This document shows positions 1-8,329 of a DNA stretch of 64,000 nucleotides, in pieces. The notes under the pieces are model-generated. The model was not told the origin of the DNA. It made no database searches and saw nothing but the letters and a program-made list of their open reading frames with translations. The stretch is taken from assembly GCA_965226465.1 (NCBI GenBank), contig OZ245362.1, positions 112,232-176,231 on the forward strand, in the 5' to 3' direction. Source of the stretch: Parvibaculaceae bacterium. GTDB lineage: Bacteria; Pseudomonadota; Alphaproteobacteria; RS24; CBDDDD01. The position numbers and the translations under genes were made by a program. Within the stretch, counting starts at the first letter, position 1. The number at the start of each line of letters is the position of its first letter.

Positions 1-2
1 CG

Positions 3-341
3 GTGGAAATAGGCATTGGGGAACGTAAAAAAACCCATAAATGGGATTTGGGGTGCGATAATAAAAAGATTCTGATTGAGTGCAAATCTCATAAATGGAC
101 GGAAAGCGACAAGATACCATCTGCCAAGCTTACCACATGGGACCAAGCCATGTATTACATGCACCTTGCTCCCGATGAATATAAAAAAATATTCTGTTGC
201 CTGAAGGATATGAGTATCAAAAGGCGTAAAACATTAGCTGATTATTATATAGAAAAACACGGTCATCTTATTCCCCCCAATGTTGAAATATGGGAGTTTT
301 GTGATAAATCCAAGACAGCGGAGAAAAAATATCCCCTCTAG
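3..341 (+). CDS. hypothetical protein, possible PD-(D/E)XK-fold nuclease; probably 5'-truncated by the window edge
   Basis: The ORF is open to the window start, so the GTG at 3 may be internal. It is AT-rich relative to its neighbours. The string DLGCDNKKILIECKSHKW resembles a D...E-x-K nuclease core. No family recognised by eye. Confidence 0.35.
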   Translation: MEIGIGERKKTHKWDLGCDNKKILIECKSHKWTESDKIPSAKLTTWDQAMYYMHLAPDEYKKIFCCLKDMSIKRRKTLADYYIEKHGHLIPPNVEIWEFCDKSKTAEKKYPL

Positions 342-403
342 CCCTTCAGCCGAGTAAAGGTTGAGGAAAGTACCGTCATTATAACATGCGCCAAAGGCGC
401 ATG

Positions 404-603
404 CCCCGCCCACACCCCCCTGACCCCCCTTCGCTCAGAACACTTTGTGTTCCTGCGCGCAAAAAGCTAGACCCCAGCAAAGCTGGGGAGCTTTTTTCAC
501 CCTTTTTTAATAGGCATGTAATGCCTATTAAAAAATAGGGGGGGATAAGGAGTGCGCCCTAAGGGGCGCGCATTTTTTATGGAGTGGAGGGAATGCTCCT
601 AGT
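404..603. repeat. mosaic multi-hairpin intergenic repeat, copy A (full)
   Basis: Near-identical to 19707-19878 and partly to 26827-27079 and 5004-5054. Modules: C-rich tract 404-429, hairpin gaacac-ttt-gtgttc, hairpin ccccagc-aaa-gctgggg plus T-run, 33-nt palindrome 503-535 (ttttttaataggcat gta atgcctattaaaaaa), hairpin gcgccc..gggcgc plus T-run, then ggagtggagg tail. Confidence 0.85.
472..497 (+). terminator. intrinsic-terminator-like hairpin inside repeat copy A
   Basis: Stem ccccagc / loop aaa / gctgggg, followed by agctttttt. Lies downstream of ORF 3-341. Confidence 0.45.
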
Positions 604-654
604 CTTCCAGTCAAGCGGGTGTGTGCCTTAAAGGGGGGCTTTTTTATTTGCTGG

Positions 655-2955
655 TTATTTTTTTTGGGGGAGGAAGGCTTTTAGGGTGAAGAGGGCGAAG
701 CAGGCTACGCCGAAGGCGAAGATTAGGTCGCCGGGGACTCTTAGCCAGACTAGGGATTCCATTAGGGGGGAGTGGATTATTTCGGAGGAGCGGGCGACGT
801 GGTAGCCTTTGGTGATGCTGGCATAGGATTGTACTATGCCTTGTGGCAATAGAGAGAGGAAGGTCATCATGGCAAGTCCTATATTGAGGCTCCAAAAGCT
901 TTTGCTGAGCAGGTTGTTATCCCAGTTTTTGTGTTTGGTGAGACCGCGCATGCAATAGAGCATTAGACCTAAGCCGAGCATGCCATAGACGCCGAATAAG
1001 GCGGCGTGTCCGTGATTGGCGGTGAGGTTTAGACCTTGCACATAATAGAGGGAGATGGGGGGGTTTATCAAAAAGCCGAATATGCCGGCTCCGACCAGAT
1101 TCCAGAAGAGGACGGCGGCGAAGAAGTTGAAGCACCAGCGGTAGTTTTCTTCCCATTTTTGGCTGTGTTCTAGGCTGGAGCGGTGATATGCCTCAAAGCC
1201 GATGACGGTGAGGGGGACGACTTCCAGTGCTGAAAAGCTGGCGCCTATCGCCATTATTGCTATGGGGGTGCCGCTGAAATATAAATGGTGGAAGGTGCCT
1301 AATACGCCGCCTGCCAAGAAAATAATGGTGGCGATTAATACCATTACCGATGCCGTCTGCACTCGTAATAAGCCCATATAGACAAATAATACGGATACAA
1401 TGGCGGTGGCAAATACTTCAAACATGCCCTCTACCCAGAGGTGGACGACCCACCAGCGCCAATAATTTACTACGGCTAAATGCGTGTTCTGTCCCCATAA
1501 CAGCCCGACAAGATATAATACGCCTATGGAAACGGTCGCCAAGCCTACCAATAATAGCGGCGTTTTATATTGCACCAAAGCAGAGCGGGCATCATCGGAG
1601 CTTAGCTTTTCGCGCAATAGGGGGACTACGCCCCTAAGCACCAGAAATACCCATAATAGTAAGCCAATGGCGAGATAAATCTGCCAGAAACGTCCTAAAT
1701 CAACATATTCATAGCCTTGATGTCCGAACCAGAAATTGACGGTCATATTGCTGATGAAGCGGTGGACGGCACTCCACTCGCCGATGAAGGAGCCGACGAC
1801 TATCACCAATAGGCTGCCAAAGAGGAAGTTCACGCCTGCGCGCTGGAAGGGGGGGTCTTTTTTTGTAAGGAGGGGGGCTATATAAAGACCGGCGGCAAGC
1901 CAAGCGGTGGCTATCCAATATACCGCCAGCTGTGTGTGCCATGTTCTTGTGACGGCATAGGGGAAGTAATCCGCCAGAGGTAAGCCGTAAAGACCTTGTC
2001 CTTCCACGGCATAATGGGCGGTGATGATGCCCAAAACTATCTGCACGGCAAATAAGGCGGTTACCAGCCAGAAATATTTTGCCGTTGCCCGCATGGAGGG
2101 GGTTATCGTCACCTTATCCATAATGTCGCTGGTCGCAAAGCCAGCCTCGGGCTTCATGCTTTTATGCCAGATATTATATTGCTTGGCGTAATACCAGACT
2201 ATCGCCCCTATGCCTGCCAAGAGTAATATTACGGACAGCACGCTCCATAAAACAAGGCTGGGATGGGCTACATTGCCGAGCATGGGGTCATAGGGCCAAT
2301 TGCTGGTATAGCTATAGTCTTTATGCGGACGGTTTGTTATCGCCGCCCATGATGTCCAGAAGAAAAAGGCGTTTAGGGCATCTGCTTCGCTATTGGTGAG
2401 GTTTGCGTGGAGGGGGAGGGCGTAATCGCGGCGGATTGCTAATGCTTCCTCATCCTCGGCGGTGAATATTCGTTTGTAATAGGCTGCGGTTTTTTCTATG
2501 GCGGTGCGGCGGTTTTCGCTGACTATAATAGTGCCGCTTTGGGGGTTATAGCTATTGGTGCGCATGTCTTTTTGCAATAATGCTAAATGGGCGGCGTGGG
2601 CGGCTTCATCGCTTAAGGAGCGCAATTTGTTTTGCTTGGTGATAATCTCTAAAAGGGCTACGCCTTCTCTATGCAACCAGTCGGCACTCCAATCGGGGGC
2701 GACATAGCTGCCATGACCCCAAATAGATCCCTGCTGCATGCCCCCCATGCTTTGCCAAATATTCTGCCCATGCTCAATATCGGTTTTTTCAAAAATGACC
2801 GTGCCATTGCTGCTCACCACCTGCTCAGGAATAGGGGGGGCGACCTGGTAAATCTCACGCCCGAAATACAGCAAAATGGAAAAAGAAATAACCAGCCCTA
2901 TGATTAAGATGGTCCATAGGCGGGCAATGGAAAAAGTTTGACGATAATCTGACAT
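655..2955 (-). CDS. norB: quinol-dependent nitric-oxide reductase (single-subunit qNOR, NorB/NorZ type)
   Basis: About 766 aa, with an N-terminal extension plus a 12-TM heme-copper-oxidase core and the NorB-type string WWVVHLWVEG. I place the start at ATG 2955, preceded by gggagga; the ORF-track start at 3069 adds 38 unlikely residues. Confidence 0.85.
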   Translation of the reverse strand: MSDYRQTFSIARLWTILIIGLVISFSILLYFGREIYQVAPPIPEQVVSSNGTVIFEKTDIEHGQNIWQSMGGMQQGSIWGHGSYVAPDWSADWLHREGVALLEIITKQNKLRSLSDEAAHAAHLALLQKDMRTNSYNPQSGTIIVSENRRTAIEKTAAYYKRIFTAEDEEALAIRRDYALPLHANLTNSEADALNAFFFWTSWAAITNRPHKDYSYTSNWPYDPMLGNVAHPSLVLWSVLSVILLLAGIGAIVWYYAKQYNIWHKSMKPEAGFATSDIMDKVTITPSMRATAKYFWLVTALFAVQIVLGIITAHYAVEGQGLYGLPLADYFPYAVTRTWHTQLAVYWIATAWLAAGLYIAPLLTKKDPPFQRAGVNFLFGSLLVIVVGSFIGEWSAVHRFISNMTVNFWFGHQGYEYVDLGRFWQIYLAIGLLLWVFLVLRGVVPLLREKLSSDDARSALVQYKTPLLLVGLATVSIGVLYLVGLLWGQNTHLAVVNYWRWWVVHLWVEGMFEVFATAIVSVLFVYMGLLRVQTASVMVLIATIIFLAGGVLGTFHHLYFSGTPIAIMAIGASFSALEVVPLTVIGFEAYHRSSLEHSQKWEENYRWCFNFFAAVLFWNLVGAGIFGFLINPPISLYYVQGLNLTANHGHAALFGVYGMLGLGLMLYCMRGLTKHKNWDNNLLSKSFWSLNIGLAMMTFLSLLPQGIVQSYASITKGYHVARSSEIIHSPLMESLVWLRVPGDLIFAFGVACFALFTLKAFLPQKK

Positions 2956-3171
2956 GGCGTCCTCCCTCATAATAATACTATAGGGTGGGGTTTTCTGTGG
3001 CAAGGGGAATCTTATTATTGGATAGTATATATAAAGACGGGAATCTGCTTGGATTGGGCGGTTTTCCAAGTTTTAGGGTTTTTCAGAGAGCTTATATAAA
3101 GTGTGGACAAAAGGAAAATTCATAAAAATTGGTTTTGAAGAAAATATACTATACATGCTAGTCTGTGATTG

Positions 3172-4038
3172 ATGAATTTTTGGAATAAAAATGATGAAGT
3201 TACTTTTTTTGAAAGAGCATTAAAAAAATTTGCTCCTCCTGAAAAACTATTTTATGAACTTCCAGAAGGCTATTTTGCCTATATTCCCAAAAAACAAAGT
3301 GCCGAAGGTAAGGTGGTGCAGGCTAGAAATGCACTAATTGGAAGCTATACCGAGAAATGGTGTAAGGATTTTTTTCAACCTATTGCTGACCAATTGAAAT
3401 TATTTCCGGTAAATGGTGTTGTCTGCCAAGAATTGGGCTTAAACAATACAACAGATGCAGATTTGGCATTTTGTACAACAAAAAGCAAAGAACAATCGGC
3501 AGAAAATATAAAGCTAATCTTTGAAGTTAAAATGGGAATAGTCAATAATTATTCTTATAATGATAAGAGCGATAAATTAAAATTTGAAGGAGATTATAAG
3601 ACCCATAAGGGAAATCCTTCCATTCTCCGATCTGATTCAATGTTGAAAGCAATAGGAAAATCTATAAATATTCGTGTATCAGGAGCTAAATCCGCTAAAA
3701 TCCCAATTGTTATTTTAGGAAACAGCCCAATAGCAGAAAGCTATATAAAGAAGGTTGATTTCCTGAAACAGGCAGGAGTTGTTCAGGGATTTATTTCGCT
3801 TTATCCAAATCCAACCGCTCAATATATTCAAAAAACTCCAAATAAGGGGTTTCAAACATTTAATGATTATTCTGCATTGAAGAGTCATATATCAGAATTG
3901 ATTCAGGCAGATATGAACTTCTTCTCATCAATGTTGCCTAAGCAAAAACTTGGAGAAATGATTACAATTTCAGCCAAAGAAGAAACCGAGCTAGCCAAAG
4001 CAGAGAGATTTCTCCAATTGCTGGATGAGGAAAGCTGA
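3172..4038 (+). CDS. putative type II restriction endonuclease (PD-(D/E)XK-like)
   Basis: AT-rich ORF directly upstream of, and overlapping by 1 nt (TGATG), a DNA methyltransferase. DADLAFC...IKLIFEVKMG gives a D...E-V-K motif. No named family recognised. Confidence 0.5.
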   Translation: MNFWNKNDEVTFFERALKKFAPPEKLFYELPEGYFAYIPKKQSAEGKVVQARNALIGSYTEKWCKDFFQPIADQLKLFPVNGVVCQELGLNNTTDADLAFCTTKSKEQSAENIKLIFEVKMGIVNNYSYNDKSDKLKFEGDYKTHKGNPSILRSDSMLKAIGKSINIRVSGAKSAKIPIVILGNSPIAESYIKKVDFLKQAGVVQGFISLYPNPTAQYIQKTPNKGFQTFNDYSALKSHISELIQADMNFFSSMLPKQKLGEMITISAKEETELAKAERFLQLLDEES

Positions 4039-4946
4039 TGAAAAAAAACGGTACAACAACAAGTGCATTTGGAACAAGCGGGCGAGTTAATCATAATTCT
4101 GAAAAGTTTTATGAATCAAAGCTGTATAAAAATCTATCACAAAGCAAAGAATGCTCCAAAGAGGTTAATGAATTTCCTGCAGAATTTATGAATAAAAATA
4201 TTCTTGGAAGTGCAGAAGATATGTCAATGATTCCAGATAATTCCCTGCATCTCATGATTACCTCCCCGCCATATAATGTCTCAAAAGAATATGATGATGA
4301 TTTGTCATTGGAAGAATATTTGGAAATGCTAACAAAGGTTTTTGCGGAAACATATAGAGTGCTCGTTAATGGCGGTAGGGCATGTGTTAATGTAGCCAAT
4401 TTAGGAAGAAAACCTTACATACCACTTAGTGATCATATTTCTAAAATAATGATTGATTTAGGGTTTAATATGAGAGGAGAAATAATTTGGAATAAGGCAG
4501 CAAGTGCCGCCCCTTCTACTGCTTGGGGTAGCTGGATGTCCGCTTCTAACCCGACATTAAGGGATGTGCATGAATATATTTTAGTCTTTTCTAAAGGGGA
4601 GTATAAAAGAGAAAGAAAAAAAGAGGAAAAAGAAGTCAAAAAGAATACGATTTCAAAAGAGGACTTCATGGAATGGACCAAATCAATCTGGACCTTTAAT
4701 GCTGAGTCTGCTCGCAGAATTGGACATCCAGCCCCATTTCCTATCGTGCTTCCTGCTCGATTGATTGATTTATTTTCTTTTACTGACGATATTATATTGG
4801 ACCCTTTTATGGGCAGTGGAACGACAGGGATTGCCGCTCTAGAATCTAATAGAAATTTTGTCGGCTTTGATACAAGTGAAGAATATATTGATTTAGCTGA
4901 AAAAAGATTATTGCCCTATAGAAGCTTATTAAAACTTGAAATATAG
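4038..4946 (+). CDS. DNA methyltransferase, N4-cytosine/N6-adenine family, beta-class motif order
   Basis: Motif IV is MITSPPYNV (SPPY). It precedes motif I, LDPFMGSGTTGIAA, near the C-terminus. Confidence 0.85.
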   Translation: MKKNGTTTSAFGTSGRVNHNSEKFYESKLYKNLSQSKECSKEVNEFPAEFMNKNILGSAEDMSMIPDNSLHLMITSPPYNVSKEYDDDLSLEEYLEMLTKVFAETYRVLVNGGRACVNVANLGRKPYIPLSDHISKIMIDLGFNMRGEIIWNKAASAAPSTAWGSWMSASNPTLRDVHEYILVFSKGEYKRERKKEEKEVKKNTISKEDFMEWTKSIWTFNAESARRIGHPAPFPIVLPARLIDLFSFTDDIILDPFMGSGTTGIAALESNRNFVGFDTSEEYIDLAEKRLLPYRSLLKLEI

Positions 4947-4976
4947 ACCCCAAGGCTTTGGCAGGAAAGTCTCCTT

Positions 4977-5001
4977 AGCCTCCAATCTATGCTTGGAGGC
5001 T
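4977..5001. terminator. 9-bp hairpin between convergent genes
   Basis: agcctccaa / tctatgc / ttggaggct, located between the methyltransferase (+) and the SMP-30 gene (-). Confidence 0.35.
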
Positions 5002-5003
5002 GG

Positions 5004-5054
5004 ATAGGGGGATAAGTGGTGCGCCCTTTGGGGGCGCATTTTTTTATTTATGGG
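5004..5054. repeat. mosaic repeat, partial copy D (terminal hairpin module only)
   Basis: atagggggataagtggtgcgccctttgggggcgcattttttt matches the gataaggagtgcgccct.aggggcgcgcatttttt module of copies A-C. The gcgccc/gggcgc hairpin plus T-run acts as a plus-strand terminator. Confidence 0.7.
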
Positions 5055-5056
5055 GG

Positions 5057-5923
5057 TTAGCTACCGAACATTTTGGGTTTTTGTCCGGTGGTTTGGGTTT
5101 TTAGGGTGAAGAAGTTGCCGGCTTGGGGGTGCTTTGTTTTGTTTAGTCCTATGCGGGCGGTGGTGATGAAAAGTTCGGTGTTGGTTTTGCCGCCGAAGGT
5201 GCAGGAGGTTACTCTGGGGGCGGGGAGGGGGATTTTTTGGAGGGAGTTGCCGTGCATGTCAAAGCGTTCTATGCGGTGTCCGTCCCAGAAGGCTACCCAT
5301 ATATTGCCGTCGCTATCGGTGGTCATGCCGTCGGGGTAGCCGTCTCCCTTGCCGAATTGTTTCCATAGTCTTTTATTGCGTACTTCGCCGTGGTCGTAGT
5401 CAAAGACATAGATTTTTTGGATTGCGGAATCGGTTACATACATGCGGTTATGGATGCAGCAAAATGCGGGACCATTGGTGACTTTATAGCCGCTATCTAT
5501 GAGGGTTAGCTCGCCATTGTGGTTTAGGCGATACAAACTGCCGCTGATGTCGTCTTCTCTGTCGTCCATTGTGCCGAGCCAGAAATTTCCTTCAAAGTCT
5601 AGCTTGCCGTCATTAATGCGGTTATAGGGGAGGTCGGTTTCTAGGGGCATGAGGTCTTTTATGGTGAAACTGCCGCCAGCTTCAAGGTGTAGGTGGGCGA
5701 TGTGCCGCTTTAGCCCCGCAATGAAGCCGCCTTTTTTATGGGGGGCGAAGCAGCATAGCATTTTGCCTAGCGACCAGCTTTCATGGCGACCGCTATCGGG
5801 GTCATAGGCGAAGGCTTTTTTGCCTTTAATATCGGTGAAATAGGTAAGTCCGTTGCGCTCATCCCATATCGGTCCTTCTCCCAATAGGGCGCGGCTTTCT
5901 AAAACTAGCTCTGCTTTGCTCAT
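5057..5923 (-). CDS. SMP-30/gluconolactonase/LRE-family lactonase
   Basis: 288 aa. N-terminal LGEGPIWD string and beta-propeller-type repeats typical of the family. Confidence 0.8.
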   Translation of the reverse strand: MSKAELVLESRALLGEGPIWDERNGLTYFTDIKGKKAFAYDPDSGRHESWSLGKMLCCFAPHKKGGFIAGLKRHIAHLHLEAGGSFTIKDLMPLETDLPYNRINDGKLDFEGNFWLGTMDDREDDISGSLYRLNHNGELTLIDSGYKVTNGPAFCCIHNRMYVTDSAIQKIYVFDYDHGEVRNKRLWKQFGKGDGYPDGMTTDSDGNIWVAFWDGHRIERFDMHGNSLQKIPLPAPRVTSCTFGGKTNTELFITTARIGLNKTKHPQAGNFFTLKTQTTGQKPKMFGS

Positions 5924-6006
5924 TATGGCACTATATCCATAAGTCTTGTATTTTGCAAACTCAGAGGCTAGTCTAATGCTCTAGTTTTTATGGGGGAAGT
6001 GCTCTT

Positions 6007-7500
6007 ATGAGAAAAATTTCTATTGCCTTGATTACCATTCTTGTCATGGGAACGGCGTATTCGCTGTTTGGCGATATTATCATTAGGAGCGAAAAGCCTA
6101 ATATATTATGGATCTATGTTGAGGATATGAATGATTGGATGGGGGCGTATGGTGATGATACCGTGCCGACACCCAATATTGATAGGCTTGCGGCTAAAGG
6201 GGTGCGGTTTGATAATGCGATTATGCCGTCTCCCGTTTGCTCGGTGACGAGGTCGGCGATTATTACTGGTGTTATGGCGAGCAATTTGGGGCTGCATAAT
6301 CATCGGTCTTCTCGTGCGCCCTCTGCACAGATTTATTTGCCGCCTAAGCATAAGACTATTCCTGAATTATTTAGGCAGGCGGGCTATGTTACGTTTAATC
6401 AGGGTAAGGATGATTATAATTTTGCTTATCAAAGGCAGAAGCTTTATTCCTTTGACCCGGGGGCGGATAAGATGAAAAAGCAATATGAGAAGTCTAAGCA
6501 TAAGGTGAAGGCGGGGAAGCGGTTTAAGTTGAAGGATTTGCCGAGAAATAAGCCGTTTTTTGGGCAGATACAGCTTAATGGGGGGAAGGATAAAGCCAAG
6601 CCCATTGTGAAGGTTTCGGCGGATAGTGTTGCGGGGAAGCTGCCGCCTTATTATCCTAATGCGCCTAGTTTTAGGAAGGCGTGGGCGCGCCATTATGAGC
6701 AGATTGCGATTACGGATTGGCGGGTTGGGAAAATTATTGAGGAGCTGAAGGCGGCGGGGCTTTATGAGAATACGGTCATCTTTTTCTTTACAGACCATGG
6801 CATGGTGTTGCCCCGCCATAAGCAGTTTCTTTATGAGGGGGGTATTCGGGTGCCGCTTGTGGTGAGCTGGGCGGGTAATGAAGGGGCACTTGCTGAGCGG
6901 GGGAAGGTGCGGGCGGATATTGTCAATGGGATTGATATTGGCACTTCATCGCTTGCCATTGCGGGGATTAATATTCCGAAATATATGGAGGGGGATGATG
7001 TTTTTGACCCTCATTATGAAGATAAGGCTTTTACCATCGCAACGCGTGACCGTCTGGATTATACTTTTGACCGTATACGGACGGTTCGGGGGGTGCGGTA
7101 TAAATATATTCGCAATTTCTTCCCTGAGCGGGCTTATTTGCAGCCGCAATATCGGGACTTGCACCCGAAGGCTTTTCCTTTTATGCCGGAGCTTAGGAAA
7201 TTACAAAAACAGGGGAGACTTAGCGCGGTGCAGGAGGCATTTCTGTCGCCTACCCGCCCTATTGAGGAGTTATATGATTTGCAAAACGACCCCCATGAAA
7301 CCAAGAATCTTGCTGGTGAGCGGCGGCACCGCAAAGTTCTTAAGGAATATAGGGAAGTTTTGGAGGATTGGATAAGGGCTTCTGATGATAAGGGGGAATA
7401 TCCTGAAAGTGATGTGGCGATGGCGGCGATTATTGGGCGATGGGGGGATATTTGCCAAAGCCCTGAGTGTAGGAATTATAGGTTGCGGCATGGGTTATAG
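6007..7500 (+). CDS. exported sulfatase (type I, formylglycine-dependent family)
   Basis: Signal peptide, then NILWIYVEDMNDW...PSPVCSVTRSAIITG (active-site C-x-x-x-R) and FFTDHG. Confidence 0.8.
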   Translation: MRKISIALITILVMGTAYSLFGDIIIRSEKPNILWIYVEDMNDWMGAYGDDTVPTPNIDRLAAKGVRFDNAIMPSPVCSVTRSAIITGVMASNLGLHNHRSSRAPSAQIYLPPKHKTIPELFRQAGYVTFNQGKDDYNFAYQRQKLYSFDPGADKMKKQYEKSKHKVKAGKRFKLKDLPRNKPFFGQIQLNGGKDKAKPIVKVSADSVAGKLPPYYPNAPSFRKAWARHYEQIAITDWRVGKIIEELKAAGLYENTVIFFFTDHGMVLPRHKQFLYEGGIRVPLVVSWAGNEGALAERGKVRADIVNGIDIGTSSLAIAGINIPKYMEGDDVFDPHYEDKAFTIATRDRLDYTFDRIRTVRGVRYKYIRNFFPERAYLQPQYRDLHPKAFPFMPELRKLQKQGRLSAVQEAFLSPTRPIEELYDLQNDPHETKNLAGERRHRKVLKEYREVLEDWIRASDDKGEYPESDVAMAAIIGRWGDICQSPECRNYRLRHGL

Positions 7501-8329
7501 AGGGTTTTTCTTGGCATTGGTGTTTTTTGTTGCGGCTCCTGTTTATGCGGCTTTTGAGCCTGAGCAGGGGGGGTATCGTTTGGTGTGGAGTGATGAGTTT
7601 GATTGTAAAAGCCGTCCTGACCCGAAAAATTGGGACTATGAGAAGGGGTTTGTCCGAAATCATGAGTTGCAGTATTATCAGGAGGATAATGCTTCTTGTA
7701 AGGATGGGAAGCTTGTCATTGAGGGGAAGCGGGATAAAATTAAAAATCCGAGCTATCGGCGGAATAGTAAAAATTGGAAAGAGCAGAGGCGGTTTTCTGA
7801 ATATAGCTCCGCTTCTATTAATACTAAGGATAAGCATTATTGGAAATATGGGCGCTTTATTGTCCGTGCAAAGGTGACCGACTTGGCGGGGCTTTGGCCT
7901 GCGATTTGGTTTCTTGGCAAGGAGGGCGAGTGGCCAGCACGGGGGGAGATTGATTTGATGGAGTATTTTCAGAATAAAATTCATGCCAATGTCGCCTCCG
8001 GCACGAAAAAAAGATGGACACCGAAATGGGACGCCAATGCCAGACGCATCGCCTCGTTTCATGACCCTAGCTTTGACAAAAAATTTCATATTTGGCGCAT
8101 GGATTGGGACGAGCAATCCATAAAGCTATATATGGATGATATTTTGCTCAATGAAACCCTGCTTAAAGACACCGTTAATCCTGATGGTGTTTTTCCTCGT
8201 CATCCGTTTCACCAGCCCCATTATATTTTGCTGAACTTTGCCATTGGGGGCAAGGCGGGCGGTGACCCTTCACAAACACCTTTTCCACAATATTATGAGG
8301 TTGATTATGTTCGGATTTATCAAAAATAA
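7490..8329 (+). CDS. glycoside hydrolase family 16
   Basis: Catalytic E-x-D-x-x-E motif (GEIDLMEY). Signal peptide MGYRGFFLALVFFVAAPVYA. I place the start at ATG 7490, overlapping the upstream sulfatase stop; the track start at 7385 would lie inside that gene. Confidence 0.8.
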   Translation: MGYRGFFLALVFFVAAPVYAAFEPEQGGYRLVWSDEFDCKSRPDPKNWDYEKGFVRNHELQYYQEDNASCKDGKLVIEGKRDKIKNPSYRRNSKNWKEQRRFSEYSSASINTKDKHYWKYGRFIVRAKVTDLAGLWPAIWFLGKEGEWPARGEIDLMEYFQNKIHANVASGTKKRWTPKWDANARRIASFHDPSFDKKFHIWRMDWDEQSIKLYMDDILLNETLLKDTVNPDGVFPRHPFHQPHYILLNFAIGGKAGGDPSQTPFPQYYEVDYVRIYQK

